The position numbers were made by a program, and so were the translations under genes. DNA of 64,000 nucleotides from Steroidobacteraceae bacterium (GTDB lineage Bacteria > Pseudomonadota > Gammaproteobacteria > Steroidobacterales > Steroidobacteraceae). The notes beneath the pieces were generated by a model, which had not been told where the DNA came from, did not search any database, and saw nothing but the letters and a program-made list of their open reading frames with translations. The stretch covers positions 68,238 to 132,237 of the forward strand of contig DATHMT010000018.1 of the NCBI GenBank assembly GCA_035486855.1, read 5' to 3'. Each line of letters begins with the position of its first letter. Positions within the stretch are counted from its first letter, which is position 1. Shown here piece by piece: positions 22,012 to 30,530 of the stretch.

Positions 22012-23543
22012 AGAAGATTTGCGCCGCTCTACCTGTCATCTTCCTGATACTCGCCGCAAGCTGCGCCGTCGGCCCGCGTTACCACCGACCCGAGGCGCCT
22101 GCCAATGCCGGCTACGCACCGGCGCCGCTACCGCAGACGAGCACCTCGACGCCGATTCATGGTGGCGAGGCGCAGCGCCTCATCAGCGGCCGGGATATCC
22201 CCTTCGAATGGTGGCGGCTGTTCCAATCGGCGGCGCTTGACGAGTTGGTAGAGCGCGCGTTCCAGGCCAATCCGACGATCCCGGCCGCGCGTCAGGCGCT
22301 GATTCAAGCACAGGAGTTGGTGTATGCGCAGCGCGGCTACTTCTTTCCGACGATCAACGCGGACTATAGCTTCGAGCGTCAGAAGATCGCCGGCAACCTC
22401 ACCGTCGACAATGTTCCCGGCGTCGAGGGCAACGGCGATGATGACCTGCCACCCGTTCAGAACCTGAATGCCTTCCCGCACACTCACCCCTTCTTCTACG
22501 ACCTGCACACTGCCGAGCTCACCGTGGGTTTCGTGCCCGACGTGTTCGGGGCCAACTGGCGGCAAGTGGAGTCGCTGGCGGCGCAGAGCGACGCGCAGCG
22601 CTTCGCGCTGGAGGCCACTTACATCACGCTGGCCTCCAATGTCGTGGCCGCTGCCATTCAGGAAGCATCGCTGCGTGCCCAAATCGCGGCGACCCGGCAG
22701 ATCATTGCGGCGGATGAGAAATCCCTGCAAATCCTGCGCGACCAGTTGCAGCTGGGCTTCGCCATGCGCATCGACGTTGCGGCACAGGAGGCTGCCGTGG
22801 GGCAGGCCAGGATGTTACTGCCTCCGTTGCAAAAACAGCTTGAGCAGACGCGCGATCTGATTCGAGTCCTGGTCGGAAATCTTCCGAACCAGGATGTACC
22901 CGAGACCTTCGAGCTCGATGCGCTGCAGCTGCCGCCGGAGTTGCCACTGAGTCTGCCGTCCCGGATCATCGACCAGCGGCCCGATGTCCGGGCAGCCGAA
23001 GCTCAACTACACGCCGCCAATGCTCAGGTCGGCGTCGCGATCGCGGCAATGCTGCCGCAATTCTCAATTACCGGAAGCGATGGCGGCACCGCGGACCAGT
23101 TCGCCTGGATGTTTCGTACGGGTGGGCCGTTCTGGACCATCGTCGGCGGCGTCTCCCAGCCCATATTCGAAGGCGGTACCCTGCTGCACAAAGAGCGCGC
23201 AGCCAAGGCTGGCCTGAAGCAGGCCGCCGCACAATATCAAAGTGCAGTGATTACCGCCTATCAGAACGTCGCGGACACGCTGCACGCGTCCCTCGGCGAT
23301 GCCGATGCGCTCGCCGCCGACGTTCGGGCGGAGAATTCTGCAAAGGTGACCTACGATCTCACGCGCCGGCAGATGGAGGTCGGCTCCGTGAACTATCTGG
23401 CCTTATTGAGCGCCGAGACGGCCTACCAGCAGACATTGCTCACGCGCGTGCAGGCCCAGGCGACCCGTTTCGGCGACACCGTCGCATTGTTCCAGGCGCT
23501 CGGCGGCGGTTGGTGGAATCGAAAGGAGATGGCGGGAAGATGA
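22008..23543 (+). CDS. Efflux outer-membrane factor lipoprotein, NodT family (copy 2)
   Basis: GTG 22008 overlaps the copy-1 stop (GTGA). Lipobox 'LAASC'. Same motif set as copy 1, with long identical peptide runs. Confidence 0.9.
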   Translation: MKKICAALPVIFLILAASCAVGPRYHRPEAPANAGYAPAPLPQTSTSTPIHGGEAQRLISGRDIPFEWWRLFQSAALDELVERAFQANPTIPAARQALIQAQELVYAQRGYFFPTINADYSFERQKIAGNLTVDNVPGVEGNGDDDLPPVQNLNAFPHTHPFFYDLHTAELTVGFVPDVFGANWRQVESLAAQSDAQRFALEATYITLASNVVAAAIQEASLRAQIAATRQIIAADEKSLQILRDQLQLGFAMRIDVAAQEAAVGQARMLLPPLQKQLEQTRDLIRVLVGNLPNQDVPETFELDALQLPPELPLSLPSRIIDQRPDVRAAEAQLHAANAQVGVAIAAMLPQFSITGSDGGTADQFAWMFRTGGPFWTIVGGVSQPIFEGGTLLHKERAAKAGLKQAAAQYQSAVITAYQNVADTLHASLGDADALAADVRAENSAKVTYDLTRRQMEVGSVNYLALLSAETAYQQTLLTRVQAQATRFGDTVALFQALGGGWWNRKEMAGR

Positions 23544-25078
23544 ATTGCCTGCGCCCTGCCATGCTCATTGCATCCGCGGTATTGGCCACCAGCTGTGCGG
23601 TCGGCCCGCGATACCATCGGCCGCAAGCGCCGGCGAATGCAGGCTATGCACCGACGCCGCTGCCGGAATCTACCGCTTCGGCGCCGATTCATGGCGGCGA
23701 GGCACAGCGTCTGATGACTGACCGGGACATCCCTTTTGAGTGGTGGGAGCAGTTCAAGTCACCGGCGCTCAATGCACTGGTGGAACGGGCATTCAAGGCC
23801 AATCCGACCATTGCAGCCGCACAGGCCGCACTGGTTCAGGCACAAGAGCTGGTCTACGCACAGCGCGGCTACTTCTTTCCGACATTTGCTGCGAACTATA
23901 GCTTCGCGCGCACGAAAATCGCGGGTAACTTCACAGTCGATGATTCCCCTGGCACGCAGGGCGACGGCCACAACCTCAACCCACCGTTGCTTGACCTGCA
24001 GAACACCCCGCACACGGCGCCACTCTTCTACGACTTTCATACCGCCGAGCTCACCGTCGGGTTCGTGCCCGACGTCTTCGGGGCCAATTGGCGGCAAATG
24101 GAGTCGCTCGCGGCGCAGCGGGATGCGCAGCGCTTCGTGCTGGAGGCGACCTACATCACGCTGGCTTCCAACATCGTCGCCGCCGCCATCCAGGAAGCGT
24201 CGCTGCGCGCCCAGATTGCGGCGACTCGGGAGCTCATCGCTGCCGACCGGCAGGCCCTGCAGATCCTGCGCGACCAGTTCCGTCTGGGCTTTGCGATGCG
24301 CATCGACGTCGCGGCCCGGGAGACGGCACTTGCGCAGGCCGAAGCGACCCTGGTCCCCCTTCAAGAGCAGTTCGAGCAGACGCGCGATCTGATTCGTGCG
24401 CTGGTCGGCAACCTGCCGAACCAGGATGTACCGGAAACCTTCGAGCTCGATGCACTGCAGTTGCCGACGGAGTTGCCGGTGAGTCTGCCCGCCCGGATCA
24501 TTGAACAACGCCCTGATGTGCGGGCTGCTGAGGCACAGCTGCACGCCGCGAATGCCCAGCTGGGCGTCGCGGTTGCCGCAATGCTGCCGCAGCTGTCGAT
24601 CACCGGTGCGTACGGCGGCAATGCCGACGAATTCGCGTGGATGTTTCGCCACGGCGGGCCGTTCTGGAATCTGGTGGGCAACGTGACTCAACCCCTATTC
24701 GAAGGCGGTACCTTGCTGCACAGGAAACGTGCGGCAGACGAGGCGCTGAAGCAGGCCGCCGCGCAGTATCAGAGCAGTGTCCTCACCGCCTATCAGAACG
24801 TTGCCGATACGCTGCATGCGTCGTTGTCCGATGCCGATGCGTTAGCCACCAACGTCCGGGCGGAGACTGCGGCAAAAGTGACCTACGACCTCACGCGCCG
24901 GCAGATGGAAGTCGGCTACGTCAATTATCTGAATTTGCTGAATGCTGAGACGACTTATCAGCAGGCTCTTATCCTGCGCGTTCAGGCGCAAGCGACACGT
25001 TTTGGCGACACGATCGCACTGTTTCAGGCGCTTGGCGGCGGCTGGTGGAATCGTCAGGGCGAACCGAACTCAGGCTAG
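23540..25078 (+). CDS. Efflux outer-membrane factor lipoprotein, NodT family (copy 3)
   Basis: ATG 23540 overlaps the copy-2 stop (ATGA), with GAAAGGAG upstream. Lipobox 'LATSC'. Same motif set as copies 1 and 2. Confidence 0.9.
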   Translation: MNCLRPAMLIASAVLATSCAVGPRYHRPQAPANAGYAPTPLPESTASAPIHGGEAQRLMTDRDIPFEWWEQFKSPALNALVERAFKANPTIAAAQAALVQAQELVYAQRGYFFPTFAANYSFARTKIAGNFTVDDSPGTQGDGHNLNPPLLDLQNTPHTAPLFYDFHTAELTVGFVPDVFGANWRQMESLAAQRDAQRFVLEATYITLASNIVAAAIQEASLRAQIAATRELIAADRQALQILRDQFRLGFAMRIDVAARETALAQAEATLVPLQEQFEQTRDLIRALVGNLPNQDVPETFELDALQLPTELPVSLPARIIEQRPDVRAAEAQLHAANAQLGVAVAAMLPQLSITGAYGGNADEFAWMFRHGGPFWNLVGNVTQPLFEGGTLLHRKRAADEALKQAAAQYQSSVLTAYQNVADTLHASLSDADALATNVRAETAAKVTYDLTRRQMEVGYVNYLNLLNAETTYQQALILRVQAQATRFGDTIALFQALGGGWWNRQGEPNSG

Positions 25079-25112
25079 GGCAACCTGGCCACTGCGATGC
25101 CTGCGCGCTCGG

Positions 25113-25718
25113 CTATGGCTCTATCAGGTGTCCGGCGGCGGCCTTGATGAGCGCCTGCGTGCGTGTGGGAACGCCCAGTTTCCTGCGGGCGTTGTCCAGG
25201 TGAAATTCCACGGTTCTTTTGCTCAGACCCAGAATCTCGCCTATTTCTGCAAAGGTCTTGCCGCGCGCCGCCCACGTCAGGGTTTCAAGCTCGCGCCCGC
25301 GCAAGTCCACCTGCTTGGGCCAAAGCGCATTGCGGGCCACGCGTGCCAGGCGCGCAGCGATGACGGCCGCCAATACGTCATGATCCACCGGCTTGGTGAC
25401 ATAATCGTCGGCGCCGAGTTGCCAGCCCTTCAATTCGCTCTCCCGGTCGGCGAGGGCGGTGAGAAATACGAAGGGCATATCGGCGAACCGCGGTTCTGCC
25501 GCCGTTAGCCGTTCAAGAAGTTCGAAACCAGACATCGCGGGCATGCCGATGTCGCACAACACCAGGTCCGGTGGCGCTGCGAATACACTTGCCAGCGCGT
25601 CCCGGCCGTTGCCGGCCACGCGAACGGCAAAGCCACGCTCCGTCAGAGCCTCAGAGATCAACCCGGCGGCTTCCAGGTCGTCTTCGACGCACAATATTGC
25701 AGCGCATTGCCTGCTCAT
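25113..25718 (-). CDS. LuxR/FixJ-family response regulator
   Basis: Start at ATG 25718 (MSRQCAAILCVEDD), 201 aa. Receiver 'LVLCDIGMPAMSG' plus a LuxR HTH 'LTWAARGKTFAEIGEILGLSKRTVEFHL'. The 351-aa ORF-track extension was rejected. Confidence 0.88.
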   Translation of the reverse strand: MSRQCAAILCVEDDLEAAGLISEALTERGFAVRVAGNGRDALASVFAAPPDLVLCDIGMPAMSGFELLERLTAAEPRFADMPFVFLTALADRESELKGWQLGADDYVTKPVDHDVLAAVIAARLARVARNALWPKQVDLRGRELETLTWAARGKTFAEIGEILGLSKRTVEFHLDNARRKLGVPTRTQALIKAAAGHLIEP

Positions 25719-25875
25719 CGGGGGCGTGCTTCCTGAAGAAAACCTGGGCGCGAACATACCATTGGGGGGTGTAATGAATCGGTGAAGATTTGGGTGCGCG
25801 CTGGCATATGGCATCCGCGCAGGACTACTCTCATCCCCATCGTTCGCCATCCACGCGTGTCCTCCCGCGGCGGTA

Positions 25876-27480
25876 GTGTCGCGCCATATGAAACGACTGC
25901 ACTCAATCCGGGGTCGACTGTCGCTGGTTTTCACTTTTCTGTTCGTGCTGCTTATCGTCGTCGGCCTGTCGGATCTTGGCGGACTACGGCAATTCAATGA
26001 GGTCTCCGCGCAGATTCGCGATCGCTGGCTGCCCAGTTCGCATGCTCTGGTGGATCTGAACAACTGGACCTCCGACTTCCGGGCGGCGGAGGCCTCACTG
26101 CTCCTGGCCCGCAATGGAGAGGAATTCTCGGCAACGGAGCAGGAACTCGTTCGGCTCGAGCGCAGCATCGGCGGCGCAGAACAGGCATACCGGAACGTCT
26201 ACCACGATCCGGACGAGCTTGGACTCTATGATGCGTTCGAGGCCCAGTGGCTGAAGTACCACGCATTGGTGTCGCGGGCCGAGTCGCTGCTGGCCGCTGA
26301 CGGGCGTGCTGAGGCGCTGCGGCAGTACGCGACCACGTCGAAGTCCGCATATGATGCGGCGAGCGATACCCTCGATGTCATCAGCGACCGCAACGCCGCT
26401 CTGGCGCGCGCGGCCAGTGGTCGCGCCGACCGTGCCTATGTGCGGGCCAGCCAGCGGATTGCACTGACCATATTGGTTGCGGCGCTGTTGGTGGCAGGGG
26501 CCATGCTGCACGTTACCCGCTCGATCTCTGCCCCATTGCTCGATCTGGCTGGAAGAATGCACAGACTCGCGACGAGCGAGACTACGGTGCCGCTGGCGGG
26601 CATGAACCGGCGGGATGAGATCGGCGAGATGGCACGCGCGGTCGTCGTGTTCCGGGACAATGCGATCGATCTTGCTGCAAGTCGCAAAGGCCTGGCCCAG
26701 CAGGCATCGATGCTGCAGGAAAAGCTCGCCGAGGAACAACGCCTGGCAGCATTGCAACGCAACTTTGTATCCATGGCGTCGCATGAATTCCGCACGCCAC
26801 TGTCCATCATCGATGGGCATGCCCAAAGGCTGATATCGATGCGCGAGCGTTTTGGAGCCGCGGAAGTTGCGGAGCGTGCACACAAGGTGCGCAACGCCGT
26901 CGGCCGCATGATCGAGCTGATGGACAATCTCATCGGTTCCGGGCGGCTGATCGATGCGGAGTTGGAGCTCTACTACCACGCGGCCATCACGGATCTCGGC
27001 CCGATGCTGCGCGAGGTCTGCCAGGTACAGCGAGAGCTTTCGCCAAGCTTACAGATACTCGAGACCCTGGCGCCTGGGCCGCTGCGGGTATTTGGTGACG
27101 TGAATCTGCTCTCGCAGGTGTTTGGAAACCTGCTGTCCAATGCGGTCAAGTACTCGCCCCAGGGCGGCCTGATCAAGCTGTGCGCGCGTCCGGAACCGGA
27201 CCAGGTTGTCATAAGCGTTGAAGATCACGGACTCGGCATTCCCATTCGCGACCGAACGCGGATCTTCGAGCGCTACTACCGCGGCAGCAATACTGCGGGC
27301 ATTGGTGGAACGGGCGTGGGACTGCATTTGGTGAAATTAATGGTCGACCTTCATCATGGAGCGATTCAGGTGGACAGCATCGAGGGCAAGGGTTCCCGTT
27401 TCACGGTGCGGCTCCCTGCGCATGCCAGGGACCGGTTACGTCGCACCGGGGAGCACACCGCGTTCAAGTGTGCCGGCTAG
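25876..27480 (+). CDS. Sensor histidine kinase with an N-terminal four-helix-bundle (4HB_MCP-like) sensor and HAMP
   Basis: TM, helical sensor, TM, HAMP. HisKA 'SMASHEFRTPLS', HATPase 'GTGVGLHLVKLMVDLHHG'. Divergent from the LuxR regulator. Confidence 0.85.
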   Translation: MSRHMKRLHSIRGRLSLVFTFLFVLLIVVGLSDLGGLRQFNEVSAQIRDRWLPSSHALVDLNNWTSDFRAAEASLLLARNGEEFSATEQELVRLERSIGGAEQAYRNVYHDPDELGLYDAFEAQWLKYHALVSRAESLLAADGRAEALRQYATTSKSAYDAASDTLDVISDRNAALARAASGRADRAYVRASQRIALTILVAALLVAGAMLHVTRSISAPLLDLAGRMHRLATSETTVPLAGMNRRDEIGEMARAVVVFRDNAIDLAASRKGLAQQASMLQEKLAEEQRLAALQRNFVSMASHEFRTPLSIIDGHAQRLISMRERFGAAEVAERAHKVRNAVGRMIELMDNLIGSGRLIDAELELYYHAAITDLGPMLREVCQVQRELSPSLQILETLAPGPLRVFGDVNLLSQVFGNLLSNAVKYSPQGGLIKLCARPEPDQVVISVEDHGLGIPIRDRTRIFERYYRGSNTAGIGGTGVGLHLVKLMVDLHHGAIQVDSIEGKGSRFTVRLPAHARDRLRRTGEHTAFKCAG

Positions 27481-27686
27481 TTCGGACGCAACAATTAATT
27501 AACAACCTCATAACTCGGTTACACGCTAACGTGCGGTGAAGGGTTGAGAAGGATGCGGCTGTTGAGGCTGCACGTCCCGGTCATGAGGAAATGGCGGATA
27601 AGTGCTGCTTCGAACAACAAGGCCATTGGTTCCCCGCCATCCCCGAGAGTCGTGCGGGCGCTAGTTCATAGCACGGCGGTCCACCC

Positions 27687-29717
27687 ATGATGGCGGTGCT
27701 GAATGACGCGGACTGGCAGGGCTCCGGCGCAGCCGGATTGGCGAATTCCGACTCCCGTGGACGCATGATCGTGACGGTCGCTCCGGATGAGAACCCGGAT
27801 TTCGCGGAGCATCTGGTGCGCGCGGGCAAGCGCTATGCCGTGGCGCTGGATCTGGACTGGACGGTCGTGTGTGTGGAAACGCCGCCGCTATTGAGTAATC
27901 CGAAGCTGGCGCGTGATTCGCGCCTCGAGGTATTCCGGTTGGCCGAGTCACTGGGCGCCGGGACCGTGACGCTCGATGCCGCGGTACCCGCCGTAGCGGT
28001 GGCGGCCTACACCAGACTTCACGGCATTCAGATGATCGTCGTCGGGGCGGCGCGCACACTGGCCCGGCCGCGCCTGTTGCGGCGCTCCACCATGGCGTCG
28101 CTGCTCGCGCAGTGCAGCGGCGCGGAAATCATTGTGATTGGACGCGACGCCGATCGCAGAGCCGAGGCCGATGGCGGGCTGACCGCAACGCGAGTGGTCG
28201 AGTACGCGCACTGGCTGAGCTACGCGGCGGCGCTGGGAATAACGGTGCTGTGTACGCTCATCGCACTGCCGCTCCTGAATCACGTCGACATCATCGACAT
28301 CGTCATGGTCTATATGCTGGGAGCGACGTTGGTCGCACTGCGGCTCGGCCGCGGACCTACGATCTTGACGGCGGTGGCCAACGTGGGTGCCTTTGACTTC
28401 CTGTTCGTCCCGCCGCGATTCAGTTTCTATGTGTCCGACTCGCAGTATCTGATCACCTTCGGGGTCATGCTCGCAGTGGCCATCATCATTGCAAACCTGG
28501 TGGCGGTGGTGAGAAAACAAAGCATCGCAGCCGGGGCGCGTGCGCATACCAGTGCGGCTCTGCACGCGCTGAGTCGCGAGCTTGCCGCAATGCGAGACGG
28601 GGACGCGATGGCCGCCCTGGCCAGCCGCCACATTGCAGGCGAATCGCATGGAGCAGTGGTGGTGCTGCTCAGGGACAACCAGGGGCGATTGCGCCAACCG
28701 GGCGGTGCAATGGACCAAAGGTCAAAACGCAGGCCCGAGTCGGCAATCTGCGCATGGGTGGTGGAGCATCGACAGCGTGCCGGACTCGGCGGCGAAGCCT
28801 TCCCCGCCGAAAGGGCCATGTATCTGCCGTTGGTCGGCAGCCAGGAGTGCATCGGAGTTCTGGTGCTGTGGCCGCTCGATGTTCGACGTGCCTTGTTGCC
28901 GGAGGTGTTGCGTCTGACCGAAGCCCTTGCGGGGACACTGGCGTTGGCGCTGGAGCGCGTCCATCTGGCGGATCTGGCGGAGGCTGCCAGACTCGCGGCG
29001 GAACGGGCCGCACTTCGCAGCACCTTGTTGGCGTCGATATCCCATGACCTGCGCACACCTTTGTCGGCAATTGCCGGCGCCGGCAGCATGATGGCGCATG
29101 AGAGCTTTGCGCTGGATGCCCACAGAGTGGGGACTCTGGGTCGGCTGATCGAAGACAAGGCACGCGACATGACCGAGCTTTTGTCCAATGTCCTCGAACT
29201 GATGCGGTTGGAGACCGGTCCGGGTGCCCTCAAGCGGGAGTGGCATTCCGTTGAGGATATGGTCGGTCAGGCACTTCGGCAGAACCAGGGACGCCTGGCG
29301 CTCTGGCGGGTACAGGTGGCGCTGTCACCTACGCTTCCAATGCTGCTGGTGGACGGTGGTCTGATAGTCCAGATGTTCAGCAACTTCCTGGAGAACTGCG
29401 TCAAATACACGCCCGCCGGAACGACGATTTCCATTACCGCGGTTCCGGAACCGGACCTGATGCGGATCGTCCTCGAAGATGACGGGCCCGGTTTCGGGGA
29501 TTTGAATCCAGAATTCCTGTTCGACAAGTTCGCGCGTGGGCGCCTGGAGAGCAATATCAGCGGGGTCGGCCTGGGGCTGTCTATCTGCCGCGCAATTGCC
29601 CGCCTGCACCTGGGCGATGTCAGCGCGGCAGCAGCGCCGTCCGGTGGTGCCCGCTTCGAGATCACCTTGCCAATCGACGCCGAATCGGAATCCCGAAAGG
29701 TCAGTGTGACCTCATGA
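27687..29717 (+). CDS. KdpD-like sensor histidine kinase with a Usp module but no N-terminal KdpD P-loop domain
   Basis: Usp-like 'MIVTVAPDE...WTVVCVETP...IQMIVVGAAR', DUF4118 block 'IVMVYMLGA...FDFLFVPPRFSFYV', HisKA 'SISHDLRTPLS', HATPase 'GVGLGLSICRAIARLHLG'. Clear paralog of 11963-13522. Confidence 0.82.
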   Translation: MMAVLNDADWQGSGAAGLANSDSRGRMIVTVAPDENPDFAEHLVRAGKRYAVALDLDWTVVCVETPPLLSNPKLARDSRLEVFRLAESLGAGTVTLDAAVPAVAVAAYTRLHGIQMIVVGAARTLARPRLLRRSTMASLLAQCSGAEIIVIGRDADRRAEADGGLTATRVVEYAHWLSYAAALGITVLCTLIALPLLNHVDIIDIVMVYMLGATLVALRLGRGPTILTAVANVGAFDFLFVPPRFSFYVSDSQYLITFGVMLAVAIIIANLVAVVRKQSIAAGARAHTSAALHALSRELAAMRDGDAMAALASRHIAGESHGAVVVLLRDNQGRLRQPGGAMDQRSKRRPESAICAWVVEHRQRAGLGGEAFPAERAMYLPLVGSQECIGVLVLWPLDVRRALLPEVLRLTEALAGTLALALERVHLADLAEAARLAAERAALRSTLLASISHDLRTPLSAIAGAGSMMAHESFALDAHRVGTLGRLIEDKARDMTELLSNVLELMRLETGPGALKREWHSVEDMVGQALRQNQGRLALWRVQVALSPTLPMLLVDGGLIVQMFSNFLENCVKYTPAGTTISITAVPEPDLMRIVLEDDGPGFGDLNPEFLFDKFARGRLESNISGVGLGLSICRAIARLHLGDVSAAAAPSGGARFEITLPIDAESESRKVSVTS

Positions 29718-30436
29718 CATTGGCCATGCATGTCGTACTACTCGTTGAGGACGACAGCGGAATACAGAACGTACTGCGCATGCTCTTTGAGGCGAACGGG
29801 TTTCGTGTCGTAGTCGAGAAAACCGCAAAAGGCGGCCAACAGGCTGCGCGGGTACATCGCCCGGACATCATGATCGTCGATCTGGGACTGCCCGATGAGG
29901 ACGGGATCAGGGTGATTCAGGAAGTGCGCCTGTGGTCACCGGTTCCCGTCATCGTGCTGTCGGCGCGCACCGCAGAGGAGCAGCGGCTGGCCGCATTTGA
30001 AGCGGGAGCAGATGACTACGTGGTCAAGCCGTTCAGCGCGCCGGAACTGATGGCGCGGGTGCGGGCGGCCCTGCGACGTCACGTGCGCGGAGAATTGCCC
30101 CAGGGAAAACTCGAACTGAATGGCGTAGCCGTTGATCTGAGTCTGCGCACGGCCCGGCGAACGAATGGACGCTCGGTACGTCTGACGCCGCTGGAACATC
30201 GCATGTTGGAGACACTGATCAGACATGCCGATAGAGTCGTAACGCACAAAACCCTGATGCGGGAAGTCTGGGGCCCGCATCGTGAGGACTCCCGTTCGCT
30301 TCGCGTCTACATCGGCAGTCTGCGCCGCAAGCTGGAAGAGGATCCGAGTCGACCACAGAATATTGTGACCGAACCAGGAGTGGGCTATCGGTTGGTGGTT
30401 GATCCGAAGTCGGTTCCGCAGTTCCCGGAGAGTTGA
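29714..30436 (+). CDS. OmpR/KdpE-family response regulator (paralog of 13522-14220)
   Basis: 'VLLVEDD', 'VDLGLPDEDG', 'LRVYIGSLRRKLEEDPSRPQNIVTEPGVGYRL'. 4-nt ATGA overlap with the kinase. Confidence 0.88.
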   Translation: MTLAMHVVLLVEDDSGIQNVLRMLFEANGFRVVVEKTAKGGQQAARVHRPDIMIVDLGLPDEDGIRVIQEVRLWSPVPVIVLSARTAEEQRLAAFEAGADDYVVKPFSAPELMARVRAALRRHVRGELPQGKLELNGVAVDLSLRTARRTNGRSVRLTPLEHRMLETLIRHADRVVTHKTLMREVWGPHREDSRSLRVYIGSLRRKLEEDPSRPQNIVTEPGVGYRLVVDPKSVPQFPES

Positions 30437-30530
30437 TCCGCGCGCGTTTTTTAACACGCTTCCGTCTGTGCACGGAAAAACCGATCGGTAGCATGAACCG
30501 GCGGTTGTTCCGCTCAACGGAAGGGTCAAA

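Noticed and set aside
11963-30436. The idea that the two KdpD/KdpE-like systems mark a potassium-uptake (kdpFABC) locus.
   Set aside because: No KdpA, KdpB or KdpC-like ORF exists in the window, and both kinases lack the N-terminal KdpD domain. They are therefore called only KdpD-like.
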